A DNA stretch of 64,000 nucleotides from Salpingoeca rosetta (taxonomy: Eukaryota > Protista > Choanoflagellata). The stretch covers positions 234,414 to 298,413 of the forward strand of contig JAWQFM010000007.1 in the NCBI GenBank assembly GCA_033442325.1, read 5' to 3'. Position 1 is the first letter of the stretch; every line of letters starts with the position of its first letter. The position numbers were made by a program, and so were the translations under genes. This document shows positions 38,895-64,000 of the stretch, in pieces. The notes below the pieces were generated by a model. The model was given only the letters and a program-made list of their open reading frames with translations. It did not search any database and was not told where the DNA came from.

Positions 38895-40328
38895 GGTCTG
38901 CTGCTGCTGCCTGCTGCTGTTGCTGTCGAAACAAAGAGGGCGCTGTGTGTGTGTATGTGTGTGTGCGTGTGTGTATGCAGAAGTGGCTGTTCCTTCTTGG
39001 TTGTGCTTGTGCTTCTTCGCTTCCTTTGCTGCTGATGCTGATGCTTCACTTGGGTGTGTGGAGTGATGCACACCGCTTCCTCGTCCTTCCTGTGCTGCTC
39101 CTTGCACTGCTGCTTCTCGCTGCTACAGCTGCTGCTTTTGGCTGGCTGTCTGTCTGTGTGGCTATCTCGTGTGGAGGGAGCTGGTGTTTGTGGGAGAGCG
39201 TTGGTGTGTGTTGTCACATCAAAGGGAGCGGCGGGGAATGTGCTCGTTGTGGTTGTCCGTTCATCGCGTCAGGGTGCACAACGGCAACCAGCCCAGCACA
39301 GATGTGTTGGCTGACGAAGGCAAACCCGTCGACACGGAGCGAGGCGGATTGCTCGCTCGTCTTGCTGTTGCTCGCATTGCTGCGAGCGGCGGGCGCGGTC
39401 AGGGTCGGGTGCTCTGCTGCTGCGGCGATGATATCTGGTGGGATCCTCACGTCCAACATGCATGCTGTGCGCAATACGAGCTCGTGCGCTCTTGTGTTGC
39501 TGGTGGCTGTTTGTTGTGGTGGTTGTGATCGTCGTTGGTTGTTGCTTGCTGTTGTTTTGTCTGTTGTTTGTTTGTTGTTGTTGTTGGTTGTTGCTGTTGT
39601 TGGTTTTGTTTGTTTGTTGCTGGCGTGCCATGTCCTCCTGTCATCTTGCTCGCTGTGCTCACCACACAACCTCGACCATTCCAATGCTTCAGTCGTCAGG
39701 GGTGGGGGCGGAACAGGACAGATTGCTCGCTGCATGTCTGTGACTTGTGTTGCTGGCGTGTTGTTGCTGATGCTGGCGTGGTGTTGCCTTGTTGCTGATG
39801 TTGGTGCATGCACACATCTGGATATGTGCGTGCTTGCGTGCTTGCTTGCTTGCTTGCTCGTCGGCGTTGGTAAGAACGACAAACAAGGCACTAAGGCAGC
39901 ACCACCACCAACACCACAATCCTCTCTTCCTCTTCCTCTTCCTCTTCCTCTCCCTCCTCCTCCTTCTTCTCCTTCTTCACTTCTTCCTCGACCCCATCCC
40001 GTCAGGCCATCCAGCGCGTGACCGTCGCGGCAGCTCTTGCTCTTGCCACTGTTGTGTCGCAAAACTTTGCGTGAGCCACGCTTGCTGCTGTTTGCTTGCT
40101 CGTGAAGTCCTCCCCGCAGTGTAGGCCTATTAATAGGTAGGAAATACTGTATCTAGCACAGGATGCAGCCAAGGAATGGGCGCCCAGCCAGTCGTGTGAA
40201 CTAATGTACTCGTCCTCTCATCCTTCTTTGCATGCTCCTATGGAGTCACCTTGTTCTTGTTGACCCGTTCATGTCTTCGTGTGCTCTTTTGTACTACACC
40301 CCATACAACAGACACATGCGCAAAAGGA

Positions 40329-41267
<939 letters not shown>

Positions 41268-41287
41268 AACACACACGCGGCAGTGGT

Positions 41288-43281
41288 TCATACGTTGTCG
41301 TCTGCCGAGACGGCTGGAGTTGAGGAATGAGAACCAGAAGAGGAAGTCACCAAGGCGCAGCTTGAACCAGAAACAGCAGTCTTGCGAACGACAACAAGCG
41401 CGACCACAGCAGCGACCACGACGACCAAGACGCCAACGACGATGCCGGCAACTGCGCCGCCGGAGAGAGCACTGCTCGACGACGAAGCGGGAGGGCCGCC
41501 CTGGCCACCACCACGCCCATCCCCCGACGTGGTGGTGCTTGCCAGCATTGTTGTTGTCGTCCGCGTGCGCGGCGTGGTGACGGGCTTGCCGAGGAAGTCG
41601 CTGTGGTCAACCGTGGTGCGTGGCGGGGACGGGTACCGAGGCTTGGTAGCATAAGCGTTTGTCGTCGTCGTTGTTGTTTTGGGGGGCCTGTATGGGCGCG
41701 TGGTTGTCGTGGTTGGCGGTTGACGAGTTGTCGTGTATGCGGGCGTTGGCGGTGGCGTCTTGCTTGCTGTCGTTGATCGTGTGTAAGGGCGTGGCGGTGT
41801 TGGCGATGACGGGCTGCTTGGCGTGTACGCAGTTGTAGAGCCTGCACACTCCTCCGTCCACGTGCATTCCGAGTTGTACGCGCACGCTGCCTCGTCCTGT
41901 ATGTGTATGTGTGTGTGTTTGGGCGAGAGAGTGTGTGAGAGAGACAGAGTGAGAGAGTGTGCGAGTGGGTGTGTGGATGAGTAAGTGAGAGTGTGTGTGC
42001 GAGTATGTGTGAAAAGGAACATGTTGAAAGGCAGCAGCATGCCAAAGTGTAGTGATGCATACACACGTTCACTTCATACATACATTCATACGCACATAGC
42101 ACACAACACACCCAACTCTCGCACTCTCGCACACATTGCACACACTTGGACCCGCATGTACCGTGATGTAGGAGCAGTGGTGGGGTTCGGGGCGGCAGAA
42201 GCCAGTGTAGTCCCAAACACAGCCGTCGTGTGCCTCACACTGCGCCTGATACGCGTAGTCGCACGACACGGGATAGGTGGGCTCACACCTGCCAGCTGCC
42301 TCGCACGCCGTTGTGGGGCAGTCCTCAACCAGCATGCAGTGTTCATAATACACACATGAGTCGACCTGGATGTGATGGGCAGAAGAAAGGTGTGTTAAGG
42401 TGGTGTGAGCAGCAGCAATTCAAGGCCTGCGTATCTCGCAGGACGACTGACGGCTTTTTACACACGCACACACGTACACGCACACGCAAACACACACACA
42501 CACACTAACAGACACACACACACACACACTTGCCCATGCACGCACCGGTCTGTTGCTACAGCCCATGTCCACCTCGACGCAGGTGCTGGTGTAATCCCAT
42601 TCGCATGCAGCCTCCGCCTGACACTCCTGCGGGCTATACAGCTGTGAGCATGGCTTGGGCCTGTCCACACACGTGGATGCGCAACGTGAGCGGGTTGTCT
42701 GTTTCGGGTGTTTTGTCGTGGGCCTTCTCGTCGTTGTTGGTGGCGGTGGTGGTGGTGGTGGTGATGGGGTTGTTGTTGGTGGTGGCGGTGGTGGTGGTGG
42801 TGATGGGGTTGTTGTTGGTGGTGGTGTTGGTGGTGGTGGTGATGGGGTTGTTGTTGTTGGCGGCGGCGGTGGTGGTGGTGATGGGGTTGTTGTTGGTGGC
42901 GGCGGTGGTGGTGGTGATGGGGTTGTTGTTGGTGGTGGTGTTGGTGGTGGTGGTGATGGGGTTGTTGTTGGTGGCGGTGGCGGTGGCGGTTGGGATTGGG
43001 TTGTCGTCGTCAACATCATTGTTGTTGTTGTCGTTGAAGTAGTGCGTGCGGTAGTTGTTGTCGAACTCGTGGTTGATGTTGTGGTACTCGTGGTTGTTGT
43101 TGTGGTCGACGTTGTGGTGGTGGTGGTGGTCATGGTCGTGGTGGAAGTCATTGTTGTGCTGGGGCAGTCGCCAACAAGCATGCAGTGTGGGTTTGGCTCG
43201 CATGCCACCAGCTATGATGCACGCCAGAGAATGTGGGTGAGGTGGTGCACAACTCAAATGCCCAGTGCAGGGGCTTGCACG

Positions 43282-43344
<63 letters not shown>

Positions 43345-43576
43345 ATATGATTCAGAGAGACACACGCTTCGCATTCACGTGACACAAGGCACAGCAGATA
43401 GAATAAGAGCAACATGGTGCGACTCACGGGGAGCATGTCGCAGCCCATGTTTGCTTGTTGACAGCCGGGCTCGGCTGGTCCAGAGATCCATTCGCAGGCG
43501 TCCACGGCAGTGCAGGAGGCTTGGTCGGGGAGGTTGCAGTCAAACGGTGCGCGCACGCACACGCAGCCAGATTCAG

Positions 43577-43665
<89 letters not shown>

Positions 43666-43667
43666 GC

Positions 43668-43740
<73 letters not shown>

Positions 43741-44406
43741 GCTGTAGCAGTAGTAGTAGTTGTTGTTGTTGTTGTTGTCGTCGTCATCGTTGTCGTCATC
43801 GTAGTCGTTGTGGTTGTTGTTGTTGTTGTGGTACTCGTGGTTGTGGTACTCGTGGTTATTGTTGTTGTGGTGGTACTCATGGTTGTTGTCGTCGTCGTCG
43901 TCGTGCTTGCGCAGTTGCCCACAAGCATACAGTGTGGATTGGGCCCACACGCCACCAGCTGTTACAAAGAAAGACAAAGGAAATAGCGCAGACCAAGTCA
44001 GGGCAATGAGGTGAGAAGCCAGGCATGGCAAATGTACACTTAGTGAGCAGGATGCAAGCGCCAGGAACTACTACATGGGAGTATCCGCAACACACGTGCA
44101 TGACGCGAGCGAGCAAAGACTCGACGAGGATGTCAGGAAGGTGCGACTCACGGGGAGCATGTCGCAGCCCATGTTTGCTTGTTGACAGCCGGGCTCGGCT
44201 GGTCCAGAGATCCATTCGCAGGCGTCCACGGCAGTGCAGGAGGCTTGGTCGGGGAGGTTGCAGTCAAACGGTGCGCGCACGCACGTGCAGTCAGCTGGCG
44301 TCGTAGAAGCGGTGGTTGACGTCTGGGCTAGCGCGGGGTTGGAGCAAGCCAACAGGCACAGCACTGCCACGCAACCAACTGCAGCTTGAATCGTCGGTTT
44401 GCCCAT
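41288..44406 (-). CDS. Larger type I membrane mucin: signal peptide, about 4 Cys-rich CxW modules separated by poly-Thr and Pro/Thr linkers, TM (5 exons)
   Basis: MGKPTIQAAVGCVAVLCLLACSNPALA; CTAVDACEWISG (twice); CQAEAACEWDY; CEAHDGCVWDY; CAYNSECTW; (PPPPPPTTTPS)n; TM GAVAGIVVGVLVVVVAAVVALVVV-RK; ends DNV*. Confidence 0.85.
43416..44284. repeat. 145-bp direct repeat (43416..43560 and 44140..44284) covering a Cys module and its splice donor
   Basis: The two copies read identically by eye from ggtgcgactcac to gcgcgcacgcac. Confidence 0.9.
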
Positions 44407-46462
44407 GACGGTCCGATGCGCTGGTGAATGCGAGAGAATCTGGCGCCGAAGGCAAGACCAGCATCCACAGCAGCCAACACAGCAGAAGGCTGTCCGTTGC
44501 AGTGGTGGTCGCGGTGTTGGTCGGCTGGCTCGTTCGTTGGTTGGTGCTTTGGCGACAGGCGGTGCTTTGTTGTTGGTTGGTTGGTTGGTTGGTTGGTTGG
44601 TTGGTTGGTTGGTGATGTTGGTGTTCTGATTCCTGTCGTTCCCGTGTAGGTGCTTCTTCGGTGGTTCGCTGGTCTCCTCACGAGCTTCAGTTGGACCAAC
44701 TGCGTGGGGCGGTCTGTGTTGCCTGTCTTGGTCTGTGTTGCCTGTCTTGTCAGCCTTGGAAGTGGTCGGCACTCAGGAAAATGAACCAAACACTCGCACC
44801 AACGCACCAACACACCAGCTCCCGTCAGTCTGGTCATGTCTCACTCTCACGCGCTGGGTTGCTGTGCTTGCGGCCACACTCCTTCACAGCCCGTGCCCTA
44901 CCATGCCTCTGCGCCGCCGTCACGCGCGCAGGCACGCACCACGAGATCACGAGAACGCGTGCCTGTGCGCGGTTGGTTGGTGCCGCTGTCTGATGCATCA
45001 GCTAGCTGGTGCTGATGCACGTGGGAACCAGTCATCGTTGTGATTGTTCCATCACCTCCAAAGACAGGTGCTTGTGTCTCACTGGTAAAGGGTAGAGTGT
45101 GCCAGTGGTATGCAACCCAACCAGAAACTGAAGAGAAGAAGGGGATGTGCCGTCTCTGCAGGGCCGTGACTTGCAGGTTCGGTCAGCCTGTTTCCCAGGG
45201 AACGCTGAAACGTGGAGAAGAGATGTGACAACGCCTTCGCTGGCAAGGGGGGTACGTGCCAATTTGTCGGGGCCACTGCTGCTGTTACCTCTGCTGCTGC
45301 TGCTGCTGCTGCATTCATCAGCATGTGGTGTGAGGACTTGTGTGCTGAGGGAGGGATGGAGGGAGTTTGAGGTGTGTACGCCAGGATCGTTGTGAAGTGA
45401 AGAGACGTGGTGTACGAAGAACATGAAGTCTGGAGGGGCGAATGCTTGTTTGCTCTTCTTGGGGCTTGGGGATCTGGTACGTTCTGCGTCCTGCTTGATG
45501 TTCTTGTCTTCTGAGGGGGATCACATGAGCTCCAACTCGTGCTTGTAGCCTTGAGGCAAGGGCACGTGCTGCGTGTGCTGCTGCATGCCCACGTGCAAAC
45601 ACAGAAACAGCTCATCAGAGAGCAGAGCAGAACAAAGCCGGGGCTCAAACAGCCCTCAGACCTCAGCAGCAGCAGCAGCAGCACGAACTCTGGTGCAGTC
45701 ATGGGTGATGTTCCGTGTCTTGATGTTGTTGCGCGGGGGCAAGACAGTGAGCTGCGTGGTCTCGTGCCCAAACGCAGAAACGTGTCCCATCCCACAAGAG
45801 CGCATCAGACTAAGATGCGGAGGCGTGCAGGGGCCTAACGTGTTTCTCGCGCGCGTGCGTGCTGTGCGTGTCAAGAAACAAGAAGAGGCACGTGTACCAG
45901 TCTACCAGTGACATGAGGAGGAAATGGAGTCTTGGAGTGACCAATTACAAATCTGAAAGATGATGTGATGTGACAATCATGCCTTCACGTGCCGGAGGGA
46001 AGTGGGAGCAATCAACCGTGCAGAAGCGCAGAAGCGCAGAAGCGTACGAACACCCACATCACAGCTTGCTTGAGAGCTTTTGTTGCACTGGCACTGAGGG
46101 GAGACGCATGCGTGCGTGGTGTGCGTTGCGTGCGTTTCAAAAACACGCAGAAACATCAACCCTGTCCTCTTGTCATAAATATAGGACGGGATGGCTTGCA
46201 AACGCTTTGTTGCTTCTTTGCTTTTGCTCCTGACTTGCTGAGTTGATTTGCTGAGTTGACTTGCTGAGTTGACTTGCATTGAAGTTGGCTTGCTTGTTGG
46301 AAGGCTCCATACACACACAGACACGCACGCACGCACACACACACACACATGCACACACAAACACACACAAACACACACACACACACAAACACACACACAA
46401 ACAAACACATGCGGCGGCAAGCAAGGAAGCAACGAAAGCGAGACCATATTGTGACGCAATCA

Positions 46463-51328
<4,866 letters not shown>

Positions 51329-51610
51329 GTTGTGTCCTCTGTTGATGTTGATGTGTGTGTGTGAGTGTGCAATCCGGGGTCGTTGCTTCTTGTCCTCCTG
51401 TCTTGTGTGCTGTTGTTTGGATTTTCACCACTCCAACAACAACCCATACACGAGAGAAGCAAGACTGCGGTTTGTGACTGTGTGTGCAGAGCCACTCAAC
51501 TCCCTCACCCAACTCACGCTCGTCGCTTGCTGCGTGCTTCTTCGAGCCAGCCTCTCGCTTTCCCCCTTCCCCTCCGTCAACCCCCTGGTTTGCGCTGCGG
51601 TAATGGTGGG

Positions 51611-58796
<7,186 letters not shown>

Positions 58797-58807
58797 AGTA
58801 GCGTTGA

Positions 58808-58982
<175 letters not shown>

Positions 58983-59106
58983 CCAGATAGAACACTGCCG
59001 ACCAGCTTCAAGTCGGTGGTCCTTCCAGCGATGATTCGCTGTATTTTCCAATACATTTCACAACAAACGAGAAGACAGAAGCAAGAAGGCTGGCGGTGGC
59101 GCAACC

Positions 59107-60346
59107 ATGAACGTGGACGATGTGGCGGAGCAGGTGTTGCGGGGGGAGAAGGACATCGAGGAGGTCCTGGGCCCTCTGACGGCCCAAGGGAAGAGGGAGC
59201 TCAACACGGGTATAGGCCTCCTGCCACAGAATGTGTTCGTGACTGTGCTGGAAGTATAGTGTTGCTGCAGTTGCTGTTGCTGTTGTTGTTGTCGTTGTTG
59301 CTGATTGAACTCGAACGAGTGCACACAAGTGCACACAGGCCATCACCTGTGCAAACATGCACACTCATGCACTGTCTCTCACTTGCAAACACCCCACAGT
59401 GATGGCGCGATCGGAGGCCCAACACAAGCCATTCGTGACTGCCCCTTCCACCCCCATGCCACCCATCGACGAGTACAACACCAAGGTGAGAAGGCTGACG
59501 TGCATCATGCCGTGCGCTTTGCACCCTCACACACACACACACGCATGCAATGGTTGCTCCAGTGTGGCAAAGACCAACATTGTGCTCATGCCTGATGTCA
59601 CATCACATCACGTCGCAACATTGTTTTGCTGCGCTTTCCTGTTTTGCATCGTGCGTTCATGTCACCACACGCAAGCACGCGGAGTACGTGCACCCAAAGG
59701 ACTACGTGAACCCAACGCCACAAGAAGAGCCATACGATCTGGTGGTTGTTGGAGCTGGTGTCGCCGGCCTGTTGTCCGTCATCATCGGCAACTCGCTTGG
59801 GAAAAAGTATGTGCTGCTCTTGGCACTGCATTGCGGCTCTGGTGGTATCACGATCGAAGTGACGCGCCACGCTCACACAAGCGCATGCGTGCATGCTGGG
59901 TCCTTCGCTGAATCGTTTGCTGCAGTTGTGATCCCCAATCCACATCGTCCACGTCATTCGCATGATTTGATTTGCATCGTTCACACTATTCACGACATTC
60001 ACATGATTGCATCGCACCGATGTTGTTCAGATGCGTGCTGATTGAAGAACACTACATGGGCGGGGATTGCCTGAACGTTGGGTGCTTCCCGTCAAAAGTG
60101 CTCATTGCCAGTGCCAAGCGTGCCCATCAAGTGAGGACCGCGTCAGACCTGGGTGTCCGCCTTGATCCATCCCAGGGTAATCACGCATGTAGCTATTTGT
60201 TGTTTGTGTCTGTGTCTGCGTGTTTGATTGTGTGTGTGTGTCTGTTTGTGTCTGTGTTTGATTGTGTGTGTGTGTGTGTCTGTGTCTGTGTGTTTGTGTC
60301 TGCGTGTTTGGTTGTGTGTGTGCGTATGCCTGTGTCTGTCTGTGGC

Positions 60347-60408
<62 letters not shown>

Positions 60409-60978
60409 TGTGTGCGGTATTTGCGCAACCTTTGGTGTGTCAAGGTCACACCTCTCAAATTCCTGTGAACTTCATCACGTGTCGCTCTCAGTTCAAGTTG
60501 ACTTTCCAGCCATCATGCAGCGCATGCGACGACTGCGCAGCGAGTACGGCCTGCTCTCTGCAGCTTAGTGTGTGTGTGTGTGCGTGTGAATGTGCGTGTG
60601 TGTGCTGTTTGCACTACAATGCAGGCTTTCGTTTTGTTGTCACGTCCGCTCAGCCATTCCAAGAGACCCTCCCGGGTGCACCACTCACGTCTCACGTACG
60701 CAGCGCACACTCCTTGATGTTGCTCACTTTGCGTCAGAATTGCGCCCATCGATTCTGTTGAGCGGTACAAACGCGATTTCTGCCACGAAATCTTCATGGG
60801 TCACGCAACGTTCACGTCTCCGTCAACCATCGACGTGGACGGAAAGACAATCAGGTTCCACAAAGGTGCGCAGTGACTGCCTCGCTTTTTGAATGTCAGG
60901 TGGCGAGCACATCGATGACTGCGTGGGGTGGTCTTGTCACCGGATTGCGACGGGTGTCATTTTGTTTGTGCTTTGAAG

Positions 60979-61043
<65 letters not shown>

Positions 61044-61739
61044 CGCTCGCCTANNNNNNNNNNNNNNNNNNNNNNNNNNNNNNNNNNNNNNNNNNNNNNN
61101 NNNNNNNNNNNNNNNNNNNNNNNNNNNNNNNNNNNNNNNNNNNNNNNNNNNNNNNNNNNNNNNNNNNNNNNNNNNNNNNNNNNNNNNNNNNNNNNNNNNN
61201 NNNNNNNNNNNNNNNNNNNNNNNNNNNNNNNNNNNNNNNNNNNNNNNNNNNNNNNNNNNNNNNNNNNNNNNNNNNNNNNNNNNNNNNNNNNNNNNNNNNN
61301 NNNNNNNNNNNNNNNNNNNNNNNNNNNNNNNNNNNNNNNNNNNNNNNNNNNNNNNNNNNNNNNNNNNNNNNNNNNNNNNNNNNNNNNNNNNNNNNNNNNN
61401 NNNNNNNNNNNNNNNNNNNNNNNNNNNNNNNNNNNNNNNNNNNNNNNNNNNNNNNNNNNNNNNNNNNNNNNNNNNNNNNNNNNNNNNNNNNNNNNNNNNN
61501 NNNNNNNNNNNNNNNNNNNNNNNNNNNNNNNNNNNNNNNNNNNNNNNNNNNNNNNNNNNNNNNNNNNCATGCGCGCGTGCGTGTTTTAGGGCGGGAGGAT
61601 GAGGACGCGTGCCAACTGCTGCTTGACTCTCTCCGAAAGGACGGCTTGACCGTGATGGTGCGATGTCCGGGCTTGGCTGTGCTGTTTGCGTGATGCATGC
61701 TGACATCATGTCAAGTTCTTGTCGCGATCATCAACTTTA

Positions 61740-61819
<80 letters not shown>

Positions 61820-64000
61820 ACACACACACGTACACAAACACACACATCATCATCATCAACATCAATGGCCACTGCACCATACGTCACAACACAACACCAT
61901 ACGTGCAGCTCAACACAGACGTCACGGAAGTGAAGCTCGTCAGCGATAGGGATGAAACGCATTTAACAAAAGCGCCCTTTCACGAGTACCGCGTGACGTG
62001 CAAAGGAAAGGATGGCCAGGTGCACACCATCACATGCAATGCCGTTCTAAATGCGACTGGCCGCATTCCAAACGTTCAAGACCTCAGTCTCGAAAAGGCA
62101 AATGTGGAGGTGCGTTGAAATGTTTGAACGCACTGTCTGCATTTGGCTCTCTTCTTCCAATGCTCGTGAGGGTTCATCCGCTCGACGTACACGTGCACAC
62201 ATGTTTGCAAGCTGACTTGGTTGCTCATGTCGCCTGCAACAATCACACAACCGAGTTGTTCTTCAACCTACTCATCACCCTCACTCTTTCTCCCCCCCCC
62301 CGCGCCAACCAACACATCAATGCCAGTACGACACACTGCGCGGCGTCCGCGTGAACGAGTTCTATCAGTCTTCAAATCCGAACGTGTACGCGTGCGGCGA
62401 CGTTGCCAGTGGCTTCAAATTCACGCACAGCGCCGACTGGGGCGCGCGCATCGCCGTCAGGTACTAGCGCAATGCGTCTGCGTATACGTGTGTGTGCGTG
62501 TGTGTGTGTGTGTGTGTTGTGGCTGTTTGTATGTACGTTGTGGCTGTGTGTGGCTGTGTGTGTGTTTGTGTATGTTGTGGCTGTTTGTGTGTGCGCTTTG
62601 TGTGTAGTCCACATTCGCTGGTCCATTCCATTTCACTCATGAATGCATGCTTCCTTGTGCTCTTTAAATCCACAATTCCTTTTCACAGGAACATGTTTCT
62701 GGGGATGTTTCACAAGGAGTCACAGCTCGTGATTCCGTGGTGCACGTACACGGATCCAGAGGTACTGTGTTCACACGTGCATCTGTCCGTCTTCCTCGAT
62801 GCCCCTGTTGATGTGTGGATGACGCAAGCACAACTGTGTGACATATCCCATGTCAATCTATCTCTGCCTTCACGACCGCACACCACACCACGCACTTGAC
62901 ACCACCACGACCACAACAACCACATTCATGAACGACAGGTTGCACACGTTGGCAAGTATGCGCGTGACCTTGAGCGTGATGGCGTTGCGTATGAGGTGCT
63001 GCGTCGGGACCTCTCCCACGTCGACCGCTGCAAATGTGATGGCGATACGGTTGGTGGCGCGCGTCATGCAATGCAACATATGAACACCCTTTTGGTGTTG
63101 GAAGTGATATGGTGTTTGTTGTGAGAAAGCCAGCACTGTTGGCAGCGAGCGTCTTGATCAAAGTGGCAGCATGAGTGGCAGTAAACGTGTAATGCACTGC
63201 GCTGTCCACGAACCCTTTCCTCCTCAAGGACCAATTCCCCTGTGTCGTTTACCTCCACCTCTCTCCAACATGGCTGACTGGCTGGTGTGCAGGTTGGGTT
63301 TGTGAAGCTGCTGGTACGGGCCGGGGGTGATGAGATCCTGGGCGCGACCGTTGTTGGTGCTACAGCCGGTGACATGCTCTCCGAAATCACCATGGCAATG
63401 CAGGTAGGGTGTGTGTGTGTGTCTGTGTGTGTGTGTGTCTGTGTGTGTGTGCGTGTATGTCTGTCTGTTTGTGTGTGTGTCTGTCTGATTGTGTGTGTGT
63501 CTGTCTGTTTGTGTGTGTGTCTGTCTGTTTGTGTGTGTGTGTGTGTCTATCTGTCTGTTTGTCTGTTTGTGTGTGTGTGTGTGTGTCTATCTGTCTGTTT
63601 GTCTGTTTGTGTGTGTGTGTGTGTGTGTCTATCTGTCTGTTTGTGTGTTTGTGTGTGTGTGTGTGTCTGTGTGTGCAGGTCACACCTCGTGCTGTGAGCG
63701 TTTTCATGCGCACTCCGCCCTCACGTCCACCACACATGCTGTTCACACGCCGGTAGTACAACATTGGTGCGACGAAGATCGCTGGCGTGATGCATCCATA
63801 CCCAACAAGACAGGAGGCAGTGCGACAGGTCTGTCATAGCTCTGCGTGTAAACATGCGTGTGCATGTGTGTGTGCATGTGTGTGTGTGCGTGTGTGTATG
63901 GTGTGTATGGTGTGTGTGTGTGCGTGTGTGTGTGTGTGTTCAATTCCAGTGCAACCTTCATATTTTCGTCTTGCGCAATCTCACATGCGTTGTCCTGTTC
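59107..64000 (+). CDS. MerA-like / dihydrolipoamide-dehydrogenase-family flavoprotein disulfide reductase (multi-exon; 3' end probably beyond window)
   Basis: [13 protein letters not shown] (FAD binding); [14 protein letters not shown] (redox CxxxxC); ATGRIPN; VYACGDV..KFTHSAD; [14 protein letters not shown]; ILGATVVG; HPYPTRQE. Confidence 0.9.

Noticed and set aside
38762-40124. 419-aa and overlapping ORFs upstream of the second mucin gene
   Set aside because: Low-complexity V/L/C translations of TTG/TG-rich sequence with no motifs; probably 5' UTR or intergenic.
44800-46000. Several 70-240 aa ORFs between the mucin gene and copine
   Set aside because: No recognisable homology or consistent exon structure. 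A small gene cannot be excluded without transcript data.
46230-46280. 13-bp tandem repeat TGACTTGCTGAGT downstream of copine
   Set aside because: Three to four copies in a probable 3' UTR with no evidence of function.

Overview
Intron-rich eukaryotic genomic DNA with (CA/GT)n-filled introns and several N gaps. The gene content and microsatellite style suggest a choanoflagellate such as Salpingoeca rosetta (inference). About 14 protein-coding genes were read by stitching exons by eye, so exon boundaries are approximate. Housekeeping genes flank the window: the 3' part of mitochondrial EF-G2, SYF2, BLOC1S4, MBF1 and a divergent GH89/NAGLU on the left; copine, a nischarin-like PX-LRR gene and a bacterial-type MerA/LpdA-like flavoprotein disulfide reductase on the right. 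The centre (12.9-44.4 kb) is a cell-surface gene cluster. Its main feature is a pair of intronless, convergently oriented paralogs encoding a large IPT-like/Cys-rich/Kunitz/GYD-repeat/VWC/tyrosinase/Kazal/TM protein. The pair forms a ~4.1 kb near-identical inverted repeat around an FN3 receptor tyrosine kinase gene whose Gly-rich loop is degenerate. Within the repeat the copies diverge mainly around the tyrosinase copper sites. Three Cys-rich mucin-like type I membrane protein genes follow in tandem. No RNA genes, CRISPR arrays or recognisable transposons were found.
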